DNA of 64,000 nt, from positions 788 through 64,787 of the forward strand of contig JACQAM010000009.1 in NCBI GenBank assembly GCA_016194975.1, in the 5' to 3' direction. The stretch is from Bacteroidota bacterium (GTDB lineage: Bacteria > Bacteroidota > Bacteroidia > Palsa-965). A model generated the notes under the pieces. That model made no database searches and was not told the DNA's origin. It was given only the letters and a program-made list of their open reading frames with translations. Both the position numbers and the translations under genes were made by a program. Below are positions 10,544-20,556 of the stretch, in pieces. Numbering within the stretch: the stretch's first letter is position 1; each line of letters starts with the position of its first letter.

Positions 10544-10680
10544 GGTGGATTACAGATTCGTACAAAGAATACAGATTACGAATTCAGACAGATGTACAGA
10601 TTCGGGTTTTGTTTAAAGGCACAGTAGTAAATTCGTTTTTATCTGTAATCTGTATTCCCCGTAAGAATCTGTAATCCGCC
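10544..10680. repeat. long imperfect inverted repeat built from GATTACA-like heptamers
   Basis: Arms 10544-10579 and 10645-10680 match at 31 of 36 positions. Confidence 0.75.
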
Positions 10681-10681
10681 C

Positions 10682-13063
10682 TCAGAATGAAATCTTATAA
10701 CTCGGCACTGCAAGAAATCCAGTTTGATAATTCGTAACGACTGAATTCGATTGCTTGTTATAATCCTGCGAAAAAACATTCCTGTTATTGGTGAAATTCA
10801 TCATCTCCACGGAAAATTGTTGTGTGATGTGTTTCCCATTGTGTATGAAACCGATCTTTCCATCCATCCGGAAATATCCAGCGTAGCGATTTTCATAAGC
10901 GTGCGAAAAATCGAGTACCTCTTCTCCGGCAAGGCCTGATGCAGCAAGATCAACAGGAATAAATCTTTTTCCGCCAGCCATATTCATTTTCAGATCTACC
11001 GAGATCGTGTTTTTCGAATTGAGATGAAATTCTTTTCCGCCCAAAACATTCACCACATAATTTCCGCTGAATGCAGTTTGCCTTTCTTTTCCATCGCTCG
11101 GCGTGAAGTATGCTTTGAAAAGTGAAGTGGTAACGAGAAAATAATATCCCTTCGAATAAAATTTTTCCACGGTCAGTTCCAGTCCATAGTTCCGCCCGGT
11201 TCCTTTGTTCTGCAACGAATCAATTCCCGGCGCATCAAAATCTGCTCCTTCATTCAAACCCGAATAAAGCCCGGAATAAGAATTCGTATTCCTTAACGTA
11301 GGAATGTCGTAGAGGTATTGATAATAAATTTCAGATTTCAAACGGAAGTTGTGCGCAAAATTCCAGTCATAAGCAAGCACAGTGTGAATGGCTTTCGTGA
11401 AACCGATATTTTTATTTGAGAGTGTGTACGATCCGTCGGGCATGAGTGTTTGATTGAAATAAGTGAATACCGTTTGCATCTGGCTGTGCATTCCTCCTCC
11501 TATACTTATTGCATTTTTATCATTCAGTTCATAACGAATTCCCACACGCGGCTCCAACGCCCACGAATCGTTCAGCGTGAGCAGTTGCCAGTGCACACCT
11601 GCATTCAGCGTGATGCGGTCGCTGAACTTGTGCTGCCATTGGGAAAATGCCTGTAATAAAAAGGTACTCGTGTTGATGTTCCTGATCTTGCGGAAATAAA
11701 TCACACTGTAATTCGTACTGTCATGCAGGCTAACAAAAATATCAGTTGCAGTTATTCCTGATTTCCACGTGTTCTTCGCGTTAAATTTTTTCAGCAGGAC
11801 ATAATTCGCAGAAAATTTTTCCTGGCGGAAATCGCTTCCATAATCTCTCCAGAAACTGTGATCGGCTCTTGAAAAAGAATCCTGCTTGATGAAATTCTGC
11901 ATGCCGTTCACCGATAAATTAAATTTACTCAGCAAAGTGGAATTGAAAATATAAGTGTGCGTTATTCCTGTCATTCCGGTTCGTGTTCCGTAATTGGTGT
12001 CATAACCACCCTGGTCATATAAATTCAATTTGGTAGAATCCATGTGACTGTCGTAAAGCGCAATGAAACTCAATCCGCCAACACCCCATACTGAAATGTC
12101 ACCGAATTTTTTTGTGGGGAAATTCAATTTAAAAGAACAGTCCTGGTATTTCGGAACAGCATCTCCTATTCCGAATTCTTCACCGAGCTTCTGAAAAACG
12201 GCGAGCGTGGAATAACGGTAGTTGATCAGGAAAGATGCATTGTGTTGTTTGGTGAACGGCCCCTCAATTCCACCTTCGAATCCGTTGAATCCCATTTGCC
12301 CGAGAAATTCAAATTTTTCATTGTTGCCGTTTCTCATTCGCAGATCGAAAACTCCCGCAACAGCATTTCCGTATTCTGCAGGAAAAGCGCTCGTCATGAA
12401 ATCGGAATTGTCGAGTACATTATTGTTGAGCATACTCACCGGCCCGCCGGTGCTGCCGAATGAACCGAAGTGATTCGGATTCGGAATATCAGAACCGTTG
12501 AGCCGCCATAAAACTCCGAGCGGAGAATTTCCGCGGATCACCACATCGTTTCTCGAATCATCAGCGCCGCTCACACCCGCGTAGTTCGCGGCCATGCGCG
12601 AAGGATCACCGAGACTTCCTGCATAGCGTGAAGTTTCTTCAATGGTAAAAGTGCGCGCACTTACCGTTGCCATTTCGTTGATCGATTTTGTTTTGGAAGA
12701 TTCATCGGTGATCACCACTTCTTTCTGCGTAGCAACTGATTCGGTCAATTCCACAGTGAGAATCACTTCTTTCCCGGAAGTGACGACGATGGAATACGTC
12801 CGGTCTTTGTAACCGACAAAACGGAAAAGTAAATTGTGGCGGCCGACTGCAACATTTTCCATTCTGAAATTTCCATCCACGTCGCTGGTAGTATTCCTTT
12901 GTGCAGCGCCGGTATCATTGAGTACAACGATGGCGCCTACCAATGGAGTTTTGGTCTGATCGTCAACAATTGTTCCGCGAACGGTTTGCACGGGCGTTTG
13001 CGTTTGCGCGACGAGCAGAAAATTCTGCAGGAAAAAAAACAAGAGAATGATAACTATACGCAT
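10682..13063 (-). CDS. TonB-dependent receptor with N-terminal carboxypeptidase-regulatory-like domain
   Basis: VRGTIVD...PLVGA, plug motif NDVVIRGNSP...NPNHF, AFPAEYGN, C-terminal YKISF. Confidence 0.9.
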   Translation of the reverse strand: MRIVIILLFFFLQNFLLVAQTQTPVQTVRGTIVDDQTKTPLVGAIVVLNDTGAAQRNTTSDVDGNFRMENVAVGRHNLLFRFVGYKDRTYSIVVTSGKEVILTVELTESVATQKEVVITDESSKTKSINEMATVSARTFTIEETSRYAGSLGDPSRMAANYAGVSGADDSRNDVVIRGNSPLGVLWRLNGSDIPNPNHFGSFGSTGGPVSMLNNNVLDNSDFMTSAFPAEYGNAVAGVFDLRMRNGNNEKFEFLGQMGFNGFEGGIEGPFTKQHNASFLINYRYSTLAVFQKLGEEFGIGDAVPKYQDCSFKLNFPTKKFGDISVWGVGGLSFIALYDSHMDSTKLNLYDQGGYDTNYGTRTGMTGITHTYIFNSTLLSKFNLSVNGMQNFIKQDSFSRADHSFWRDYGSDFRQEKFSANYVLLKKFNAKNTWKSGITATDIFVSLHDSTNYSVIYFRKIRNINTSTFLLQAFSQWQHKFSDRITLNAGVHWQLLTLNDSWALEPRVGIRYELNDKNAISIGGGMHSQMQTVFTYFNQTLMPDGSYTLSNKNIGFTKAIHTVLAYDWNFAHNFRLKSEIYYQYLYDIPTLRNTNSYSGLYSGLNEGADFDAPGIDSLQNKGTGRNYGLELTVEKFYSKGYYFLVTTSLFKAYFTPSDGKERQTAFSGNYVVNVLGGKEFHLNSKNTISVDLKMNMAGGKRFIPVDLAASGLAGEEVLDFSHAYENRYAGYFRMDGKIGFIHNGKHITQQFSVEMMNFTNNRNVFSQDYNKQSNSVVTNYQTGFLAVPSYKISF

Positions 13064-13223
13064 GATGAATGAATTCCGGAATGCGAAGATACTGAAGAGA
13101 CTGGTAATGGGTTCTAAGTTCTTGGTTCTAAGTTCTAATAAAAAACCACTTTCCACTAAAACAAAATGTCTAACTTTCTAAAACAAAAATTACCGGAAAC
13201 AATCTTCTCCACAGAAAAACATT

Positions 13224-15398
13224 ATGAAACGATTTGCATTTTTTTTCCTTGTCTTTTCTTTTTTTACAGCGAAAGCGCAACTTAACCTGGCTCCACTTGT
13301 AATCTCAACCGGAAATGCAGCAGATACTTCTTCTTTTTCTATTGCTGTTTTCAATCCCCAGCAGAAAAACGTAAATGATATCGTCGCCTATCGGCATGAA
13401 AAATTTGAATTGGGAATTGAACTTCCACCGGATCTTTTTCGTGATGTAGAATCATTCTGCGATCAGAACACAAATGATCCTTCGGCAGTAAATCCTTTCG
13501 ACCCGGAACAACTGAATGTTTACGCAGAGTTCACTTCTTTGTCATCCGGGCAAAATGTTGGGCATGCTCAAAAAATATTCGGATTTTATTACAGGGAATT
13601 TATGCGCAATGAAACCGGTGAACACAAAGCATGGGATTATTCGGCAAGCCCAACGAATTATACTTTTCGTTTTCGTTTTGCGCCGCCTGATACCGGCCGG
13701 TGGAAAACGATAATTAAAATTGAAAGTGCAAAGCATGGAAATTATTCTTCCCATGAAATTGATTTTAATTGTTTGCTTTCTTCCGATATTCACAACGAGG
13801 GAAACATTCATACACTTCCGGGAAAAAGATATCTCGAGTTAGGCAATCACATGTTCATGCCCATCGGCTGGAATATCACCAACCCTATTCCACGCAGCTT
13901 TTCAGATTACCGTTTTGGATACGGCCCTTACGACGGATGGAAAACGATCAACATGTATGGTTACATCGATTTCGGAAATTATCTTTCAGAATTATCTTTC
14001 GCCGGCGGAAATTTTTTCCGGATGCATGATCTTCCCTGGTCAACAGAAATTGAATTTGAAAAGCTGAATGATTATTCCGGACGACTGAGCAACGCGTGGG
14101 AAATGGACAGAATACTCGACGAAGCAAAAGATCTCGACCTGTATATTCTTTTATCGCTCGACGTTGCAAATAAACTCCTCAATGGAGCAGGTGCTTACTG
14201 GGACTGGGCAGGAAATGATCTTTCTTCCTGCGCTAAATCGAATGGAGGACCGGACGACAATGGCCTTTGCTATCACTCACAGCTTGGGCTGAAAGACCCT
14301 GTGGATTTTCTTTCTGATGCGCAGGCAAAAAAATATTACAAATACCGTTTGCGTTACATGATCTCGCGTTACGCATACTCCCGCAACATTGCGATGTTTG
14401 AATTATGCAATGAGGCGAATACAATAGGAAAGGAATTTTCTTGCGATAAGGATTGTGCTGCTTCACTGATAAAAGATCCTTACAATACAAGCGCATCTTT
14501 CCGTGCAATATTACAAAAATGGCAAACGGAAATGACCGACTATTTAAAACACGATCTTGATTTGCAGGATCATTTACTCACCATCAATTACGCTGGAGAG
14601 CCCAACAAAGACGACCTCAGTTTTACAACTTGTTCCATTGATGTGAATGATTATAATTATTACAGCGAATACATTTCGCGCACCGGAAATTATTTCTACA
14701 TACAGAAGAGATCGGGGATCGGCTCTGCGTTATCACGACCGGTTTTTTTCAGTGAAACCGGTTCGCCGGAGCGTGATGAATGTTCCGATTTTGCCGAATG
14801 GGTTCGCACGTTCTGGACGATTCCTTTTTCCGGTTGTGCAGGCGGATTGAATTGGCCAAAAACATCTTTACCCGATCTTCCCGCGCCTTACTACGCGCAC
14901 TTCGCACGCCTGCGCGATTTTCTTTCCGGCGTAGATTTCAATGATGGAGACTGGGACCCGGAATACCAGTTGCAATCCGATCTGCTGGCAGAAACCATGT
15001 ATTTAAAACATTTAACTAAAGGTCATGCAAACAAAGCAATAGGCGTGGTATTGAATAGATGTTACAATGATAACTCAATGAGAACATGCGATAATTGCGA
15101 TTGCAGTAATTACAGGCGGCTCAATGGCGTGAAGCAGAAAATTTATCCCGACTCTGTTCCTTTTGATCCGCCGAAAGATGTGAGTTACCGAACGGGCCCC
15201 GGAAAAAAAATGAAAGTGACGGGCATGGGATCGCACAAACATTATAAAGTGGAGTGGACCGATGTGATGACTGGAAAAGTAATTGAAACAGATAGTGAAT
15301 ACACGCAACTGGATGGTGATCTTTTATTGCAATATCCAGCGCTCATTATGACTACTAAACCTGTGCGTCCTATTCTTGCTTTTAAAGTTTTTCCGTAG
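13224..15398 (+). CDS. secreted putative glycoside hydrolase (GH-A clan-like TIM barrel) with DUF5060-like N-terminal domain
   Basis: Signal peptide; NPFDPE...FRFAPP..G.W; RYMISRYAYS...FELCNE (candidate acid/base), FSETG (candidate nucleophile). Confidence 0.65.
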   Translation: MKRFAFFFLVFSFFTAKAQLNLAPLVISTGNAADTSSFSIAVFNPQQKNVNDIVAYRHEKFELGIELPPDLFRDVESFCDQNTNDPSAVNPFDPEQLNVYAEFTSLSSGQNVGHAQKIFGFYYREFMRNETGEHKAWDYSASPTNYTFRFRFAPPDTGRWKTIIKIESAKHGNYSSHEIDFNCLLSSDIHNEGNIHTLPGKRYLELGNHMFMPIGWNITNPIPRSFSDYRFGYGPYDGWKTINMYGYIDFGNYLSELSFAGGNFFRMHDLPWSTEIEFEKLNDYSGRLSNAWEMDRILDEAKDLDLYILLSLDVANKLLNGAGAYWDWAGNDLSSCAKSNGGPDDNGLCYHSQLGLKDPVDFLSDAQAKKYYKYRLRYMISRYAYSRNIAMFELCNEANTIGKEFSCDKDCAASLIKDPYNTSASFRAILQKWQTEMTDYLKHDLDLQDHLLTINYAGEPNKDDLSFTTCSIDVNDYNYYSEYISRTGNYFYIQKRSGIGSALSRPVFFSETGSPERDECSDFAEWVRTFWTIPFSGCAGGLNWPKTSLPDLPAPYYAHFARLRDFLSGVDFNDGDWDPEYQLQSDLLAETMYLKHLTKGHANKAIGVVLNRCYNDNSMRTCDNCDCSNYRRLNGVKQKIYPDSVPFDPPKDVSYRTGPGKKMKVTGMGSHKHYKVEWTDVMTGKVIETDSEYTQLDGDLLLQYPALIMTTKPVRPILAFKVFP

Positions 15399-15543
15399 GA
15401 TAGGGCGTTTGAAGTAAAATGAATTTATCCAGGTAAAAAATGCGAGCGGAAAAATTACGGGAACGAAAAAAATGATCAGGGAGTGAATATTCACATTCGC
15501 AGTTTTGTTCCAAACCTGTTCGGGATTCGTAATTCGTAAAACC

Positions 15544-16590
15544 TCACACCACCGCTACATCTTTCGCAAATGCATTTTCTTTTTCTGCAGCAGCTTTTCC
15601 ATCATACGCCCACTTCACGAACATTCCTCCCCAGGTAAATCCTGCGCCGAACGTGGTGAGAATTAAATTATCACCTTTCTTCAATTGGTTTTCCCATTCC
15701 GTGAGACAAATAGGAAGTGTTGCCGTCGTAGTGTTGCCGTATTTCTGAATATTCAGCATCACTTTCTCGTGGCCAACTCCCATGCGGTTTGCAGTGGCAT
15801 CAATGATGCGTTTGTTCGCCTGGTGCGGAACAAGAAATGCAATATCTTTTGAAGTAAGTCCGTTGCGCATCATCATTTCTTCGGCAACATCTGCCATTTT
15901 TACAACAGCGAGTTTAAAAACTCCCTGACCATTCATGGTAATGAAATGTTGTTTATTCCTCAATGTTTCTTCCGAAGCAGGATGCAAACTTCCACCGGCC
16001 GGTTGAATGAGTTGAGCAGTTCCCGAACCATCGGTGTACATTCTGGCATCTACAATTCCATTTCCGGAATCATCGGGTTCAAGCAGCAGACATCCTGCTC
16101 CGTCGCCGAAGAGAATGCACGTGCGGCGATCGGTGTAGTCAACAATGCTCGACATTTTATCGGCGCCAACCACAAGAACTTTTTTATGCGCACCGGTCTC
16201 GATGAATTGTTTTCCCACATTAAGCGCGTAAATAAAACCGGAGCATGCACCCATCACATCGAAGCTCCAGGAGCGTGTAGCGCCAATCATATCTGCAATG
16301 ATATTTGCAGTTGCAGGAAACTGGTGATCGGGAGTGGCGGTGGAACAGATGATGAGATCGACCGAGAGCGGATCGATGTTCATTTTTTTTAAAAGTTTTT
16401 TTGCTGCTTCTGCGCCCATGTATGCGGAAGCTTTATCGGGATCGCGCAGGATTCTTCTTTCGCTCACGCCGCTCCTGTCGAGAATCCACTCATTGGTGGT
16501 ATCGACCATTTTTTCGATATCGGCATTTGTGAGTTTGTCTTCGGGCAACCAGCAGGAAACGCCGGTTATGGCAGCTTTCATCTTCTTCAT
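15544..16590 (-). CDS. fabH: 3-oxoacyl-ACP synthase III
   Basis: Catalytic motifs ACSGF, HQAN, YGNT; FGDGAG; FGAGFTWG. Confidence 0.93.
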   Translation of the reverse strand: MKKMKAAITGVSCWLPEDKLTNADIEKMVDTTNEWILDRSGVSERRILRDPDKASAYMGAEAAKKLLKKMNIDPLSVDLIICSTATPDHQFPATANIIADMIGATRSWSFDVMGACSGFIYALNVGKQFIETGAHKKVLVVGADKMSSIVDYTDRRTCILFGDGAGCLLLEPDDSGNGIVDARMYTDGSGTAQLIQPAGGSLHPASEETLRNKQHFITMNGQGVFKLAVVKMADVAEEMMMRNGLTSKDIAFLVPHQANKRIIDATANRMGVGHEKVMLNIQKYGNTTTATLPICLTEWENQLKKGDNLILTTFGAGFTWGGMFVKWAYDGKAAAEKENAFAKDVAVV

Positions 16591-16733
16591 CGGGCAGGTT
16601 TTTTTACTCGTACAAATTTAAAGAAAGTGCAGGAGGAAACCATCGGCAAAAATTAAAAAACCTACGATATTCAATGAGTAAATAATAGTTTATTTGCCAA
16701 TAAAAAAAGTTATTTTTATTGAAAATATATACG

Positions 16734-18284
16734 ATGTCCAAATTGAATTCCGATTCACTAACACTCCTCATTCAGCGGATGAGTAAAAGTGAAAAACGTC
16801 ATTTCAAACTGATGGCATCTCGTCATGCTTCGGGCGACGGGAAATTCATTCGTCTTTTCGACCATATAGCTTCATCGGGCAGAAATGTGTCCCGGTCGGA
16901 AAGAGAGAGTGCCACTGGCATCAGTAATCAGCAATGGCCGAACCAGAAAGCGTTTCTTTACAATTATCTGCTTCATTGCCTGCATGTACTCAATTCCTCG
17001 TCGTCGATTGAACTCTCTCTTGCCGATCTCCTCAGCCAGTCACGCATTCTTTACGACAAATGTCTGTATCGCGATTGCCTGTGTCTCATTGATAAAGCGA
17101 AAAAAATTGCACACCATTCCGACCAGTTCATCCTGCTGATGGAATTACTGCATCTCGAAAAATCTGCGATCAGCCACACAATCGCCTCCAGCCACCAGGA
17201 GATTGTAAAAGCATCTGCTTTTAATTCGCGCGATGTGGTACGCAGGATAGAAACAGAAAACCGTTTGCAGGATCTTTCTATTCGCCTCAATACATTTTAT
17301 TTGCAAACCGGATTCATCCGTCACCGGAACGAACTCGCGCGCGTGAAAAAAATATTCCGTGATAATTTTCTTTCCTACAACGAAAAGAAACTCGATTTTG
17401 CCGTGCGTGTACACCTGTTGCAATCCCTCACCGGTTATTATTTTTTCGTCCAGGATTTCCGCCTGGGACTTTCCAGCGCAAAACGTTACGTGGCATTGTT
17501 CGAAGATCAACCTGAAAAAATTTTTATTCACACGGAAGCGTACATACGCGCGCTGAACAGTTTGCTCGTGGCGCTCAATAAATTCAATGCACTTACAGAA
17601 TTTGAAAGTGTTCACCGCCGACTCATAGCGCTCAAACGTGATCCGAAAATTGTGCTTACTGAAAACATCAACCTGAATCTGTTCAAAGCAATTTATATTC
17701 ACGAGATCAATCGTCATTTCATGAAAGGAGAATTCCGTTCGGGAACGCGCATAGTCGGAAAACTGGAAAATGAACTCGATCGTTTCATTCCGCTGCTCGA
17801 TCATCATTCGGTGTTGCTCTTCTATTACAAGATCGCTTGCCTGTATTTCGGCGCCGACCAGTACAAACGTTCACTGCATTGGTTGAACCGGATCATTCAC
17901 GCAAAAGATATTTCCGTGCGCGAGGATCTGCACGCATTCGCACGCATACTCGCACTCATCTGCGACTGGGAGCTCGGGAATGAGCGCATTGCGGAAGCGC
18001 ACGTGCGCTCGCTCTATCGTTTCCTGATGAAAAAAGGAGATCTCACTGCTTACAATAAACTCATCCTGGAATTTCTCCGTCGCCTGCCGGGATATCTTTC
18101 CCGAAAAAAACTGCAGCAGCTTTTTATTGACCTGCGTGAAAAATTAATTCCGCTCACAAAAAAGAAATTTGAAAAACGCGCTTTCTATTATTTCGACATC
18201 ATTACCTGGCTAGATAGTAAGATCACGAAAATGACGATGGAAGAAATTGTAAAAAGCAGAGTACGAAATACGAAAATATACTGA
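16734..18284 (+). CDS. conserved Bacteroidota hypothetical protein, all-helical/TPR-like
   Basis: N-terminal LIQRMSKSEKRHFK and C-terminal FYYFDIITWLDSK signatures recalled from this family; no signal peptide. Confidence 0.7.
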   Translation: MSKLNSDSLTLLIQRMSKSEKRHFKLMASRHASGDGKFIRLFDHIASSGRNVSRSERESATGISNQQWPNQKAFLYNYLLHCLHVLNSSSSIELSLADLLSQSRILYDKCLYRDCLCLIDKAKKIAHHSDQFILLMELLHLEKSAISHTIASSHQEIVKASAFNSRDVVRRIETENRLQDLSIRLNTFYLQTGFIRHRNELARVKKIFRDNFLSYNEKKLDFAVRVHLLQSLTGYYFFVQDFRLGLSSAKRYVALFEDQPEKIFIHTEAYIRALNSLLVALNKFNALTEFESVHRRLIALKRDPKIVLTENINLNLFKAIYIHEINRHFMKGEFRSGTRIVGKLENELDRFIPLLDHHSVLLFYYKIACLYFGADQYKRSLHWLNRIIHAKDISVREDLHAFARILALICDWELGNERIAEAHVRSLYRFLMKKGDLTAYNKLILEFLRRLPGYLSRKKLQQLFIDLREKLIPLTKKKFEKRAFYYFDIITWLDSKITKMTMEEIVKSRVRNTKIY

Positions 18285-18312
18285 AAGTTACGAAATGCGA
18301 AACCCCGAAAAT

Positions 18313-18666
18313 CTATTTACCATAAAACTTTCTGGTAAAAGCTTTTTGCAATTCCCTTGTCACGATCTCTTCTGCCAGCAGCGATTCATTCCCCGCAACA
18401 CGTTCCGTTTTTTTCTGCGATACATCAACGCGGTACAACAGGCGCATTACTTTCTCAGAAGCAAATCCTCCATTCACATGAATAATTAATTTTATTTCAT
18501 CACGGAAAGAAAAAATATCTGCAACAACATTTTCCCGAAATTCCGTTTCAATTCCCGATGAGAGCAGATCGCCATGGAATAATTTAACTGCAACAGGCAG
18601 CAACTCTTTTAAAAGATCACCGCATTCAACAAAATCATTGATATTTTCCGGGAGAGTATTGGTCAT
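18313..18666 (-). CDS. conserved small hypothetical protein
   Basis: LLYRVDVS...LAEEIVTRELQK..R..Y signature; start could instead be 18681. Confidence 0.65.
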   Translation of the reverse strand: MTNTLPENINDFVECGDLLKELLPVAVKLFHGDLLSSGIETEFRENVVADIFSFRDEIKLIIHVNGGFASEKVMRLLYRVDVSQKKTERVAGNESLLAEEIVTRELQKAFTRKFYGK

Positions 18667-18694
18667 TGGGTTATTAGTCATTCGTGATCCGTAA

Positions 18695-19057
18695 TCAGAG
18701 ATTCCGATCCATTCGCTTATAAAAGATCATGAAAATTATGCTGAAAATAATGGACACTACCGCATCGGCTATGCCCAGCGCAGTGAGATCGCCGAACAAT
18801 TGCAGGATGATGATCTTCGTGAGCGTGATGTAAACAAATAATTCTGCGCCCCATTTTTTCATGTGCCATACTCCTACCGTAGCCATGAAACGAAGCGCCG
18901 TCATAGTTCCATAAACAATAGGATACCATTTCGCAATGCTCCGAATGCCGGGATAAGAAATGAGAATGATCTGGAATGCAGAGATCACAAATCCCACCAC
19001 ACAGAAAATGGAAATTACTATTGGCCGTTTTCGAAGTACGTATTCCACGGAATTCAA
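18695..19057 (-). CDS. small membrane protein (about 4 TM helices)
   Basis: Hydrophobic segments, GVWHMKKWG motif; start codon uncertain. Confidence 0.65.
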   Translation of the reverse strand: MNSVEYVLRKRPIVISIFCVVGFVISAFQIILISYPGIRSIAKWYPIVYGTMTALRFMATVGVWHMKKWGAELFVYITLTKIIILQLFGDLTALGIADAVVSIIFSIIFMIFYKRMDRNL

Positions 19058-19063
19058 AATTCT

Positions 19064-19160
19064 GATTTGAGATTTGAGATTTGAAATTCGAAATGGAGAA
19101 TAGGTTTCATCTTAGTATTTTTATTCACTTTAATTTATGTTCAATCCCGAATCTTAAATT
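19064..19160. repeat. heptamer (ATTTGAG/ATTTGAA) hairpin element; related copy at 47604-47674
   Basis: Both sites share ATTTGAAATTCGA and AATCCCGAATCT. Confidence 0.6.
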
Positions 19161-19162
19161 AA

Positions 19163-19308
19163 GAGGATATCTAATAACTAATTTTTTTTTTGCCACTATG
19201 GAACCAAGACACAAAGATTAATAAAGTTTTTCTCTTAGTGTTTCTTAGTGCCCTTGTGCCTTTGTGGCGATATGTTTTTTTTTAATAATTAGGTTTTTAG
19301 AGATACCC
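19163..19308. mobile_element. MITE-like element, 146 bp, with TIRs related to the element at 4139
   Basis: Ends GAGGATATCTAATAAC / GTTTTTAGAGATACCC; TTAA direct repeat at 19159-19162 and 19309-19312; internal GCCAC...CACAAAG / CTTTGTGGC inverted repeat. Confidence 0.6.
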
Positions 19309-20556
19309 TTAAGAATTACTTCTAATCGCTTCCACCGGATCAAGCTGCGCTGCCGAATACGCAGGAATGAATCCGGAAATAATTCCGATGAGAATGGAAA
19401 TGGTTATTCCCAATGAAATATTCGCTGTCGAAAGAATGAATCCGTAATCCAGCGTTTTATTCGCGATCAGCACCAGCACGTAATCGAGAATAAGCCCGAT
19501 GAATCCGCCAAGCATACACAACACCACGCTCTCCGCAAGAAATTGCATGAGTATGAACCAGCTTTTTGCTCCCAGCGATTTCTGAATTCCTATTTGAGAA
19601 GTGCGTTCGCGCACCGAAACGAACATGATATTCGCAATGCCGAATCCGCCGACAAGAATCGAAAATGCTCCAATGATCCATCCCGTGGTCCCGATCACAC
19701 CGAATAAACTTTCCAGCGGCTGACTCAGTACACTCACTTCGTTCAATGCATAATTATCTTCTTCTTCCGGTTTCAGACGGCGCAAACTCCGCATCACACC
19801 CGTGAGTTCATCCTTCAGTTCCGGAGTCGTCACCCCGTCTTTCGCACGCACCATGATGTAAGGATCAAGTTCATCTTTCTCCGCATCCATCATCGTCCTT
19901 GCAAAATCAAGCGGCATCACCACCTGGTCGTCAGAACTATTGCCCACCATACTTTCTCCTTCTGCTTTGAACACGCCGATCACTGTCATTTTTCTTCCCA
20001 TCATGAGAATACTTTTTTCCAGCGGATCTTCATCGCGGAAAAGCGCGCTCGCTACATTCGCGCCTATGAGCACCACCGCACGGCCGTTAGCAAATTCCTG
20101 CTCGGTGAAATATCTTCCCGAAGAGAGATCGAAATTTTTTACACGGTTATAACCGAAAGTAGTTCCCACGATCGTCACATTTTCCACATAGGAAGTCTGG
20201 TAATGCGCCGTCGATTTATTATTCACCGTGTACACTACTGCCGATGCTCCGGTAAGCCGGCGTGTAAGTTCATCCGCCTCATCGATCTTCATCACCGGCC
20301 GGTTCATGTATTTCCACCAGGCATAATCACCCTTGGTAAACCACGGCCATTTCTGAATGAAAACCACGTTCTGCCCCAGCGACTGCACACTCGTTTTGAT
20401 CTTGTTCGCCATCGAATCGACTGCCGTGAAAACCGCGATGATCGCGAAAATACCAATGGTAATTCCGAGCAGCGAAAGAACGGTGCGAAGCCGGTTCACC
20501 CGAAGTGCATTGAGCGCAAACAGGAAACTTTCACGAAGCAGGTTGAGAAAAAGCAT
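19309..20556 (-). CDS. ABC transporter permease, MacB/FtsX family
   Basis: LRTVLSLLGITIGI, GGFGIANIMFVSVRERTSQIGIQKSLGA, PAYSAAQLDPVEAIR. Confidence 0.92.
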   Translation of the reverse strand: MLFLNLLRESFLFALNALRVNRLRTVLSLLGITIGIFAIIAVFTAVDSMANKIKTSVQSLGQNVVFIQKWPWFTKGDYAWWKYMNRPVMKIDEADELTRRLTGASAVVYTVNNKSTAHYQTSYVENVTIVGTTFGYNRVKNFDLSSGRYFTEQEFANGRAVVLIGANVASALFRDEDPLEKSILMMGRKMTVIGVFKAEGESMVGNSSDDQVVMPLDFARTMMDAEKDELDPYIMVRAKDGVTTPELKDELTGVMRSLRRLKPEEEDNYALNEVSVLSQPLESLFGVIGTTGWIIGAFSILVGGFGIANIMFVSVRERTSQIGIQKSLGAKSWFILMQFLAESVVLCMLGGFIGLILDYVLVLIANKTLDYGFILSTANISLGITISILIGIISGFIPAYSAAQLDPVEAIRSNS

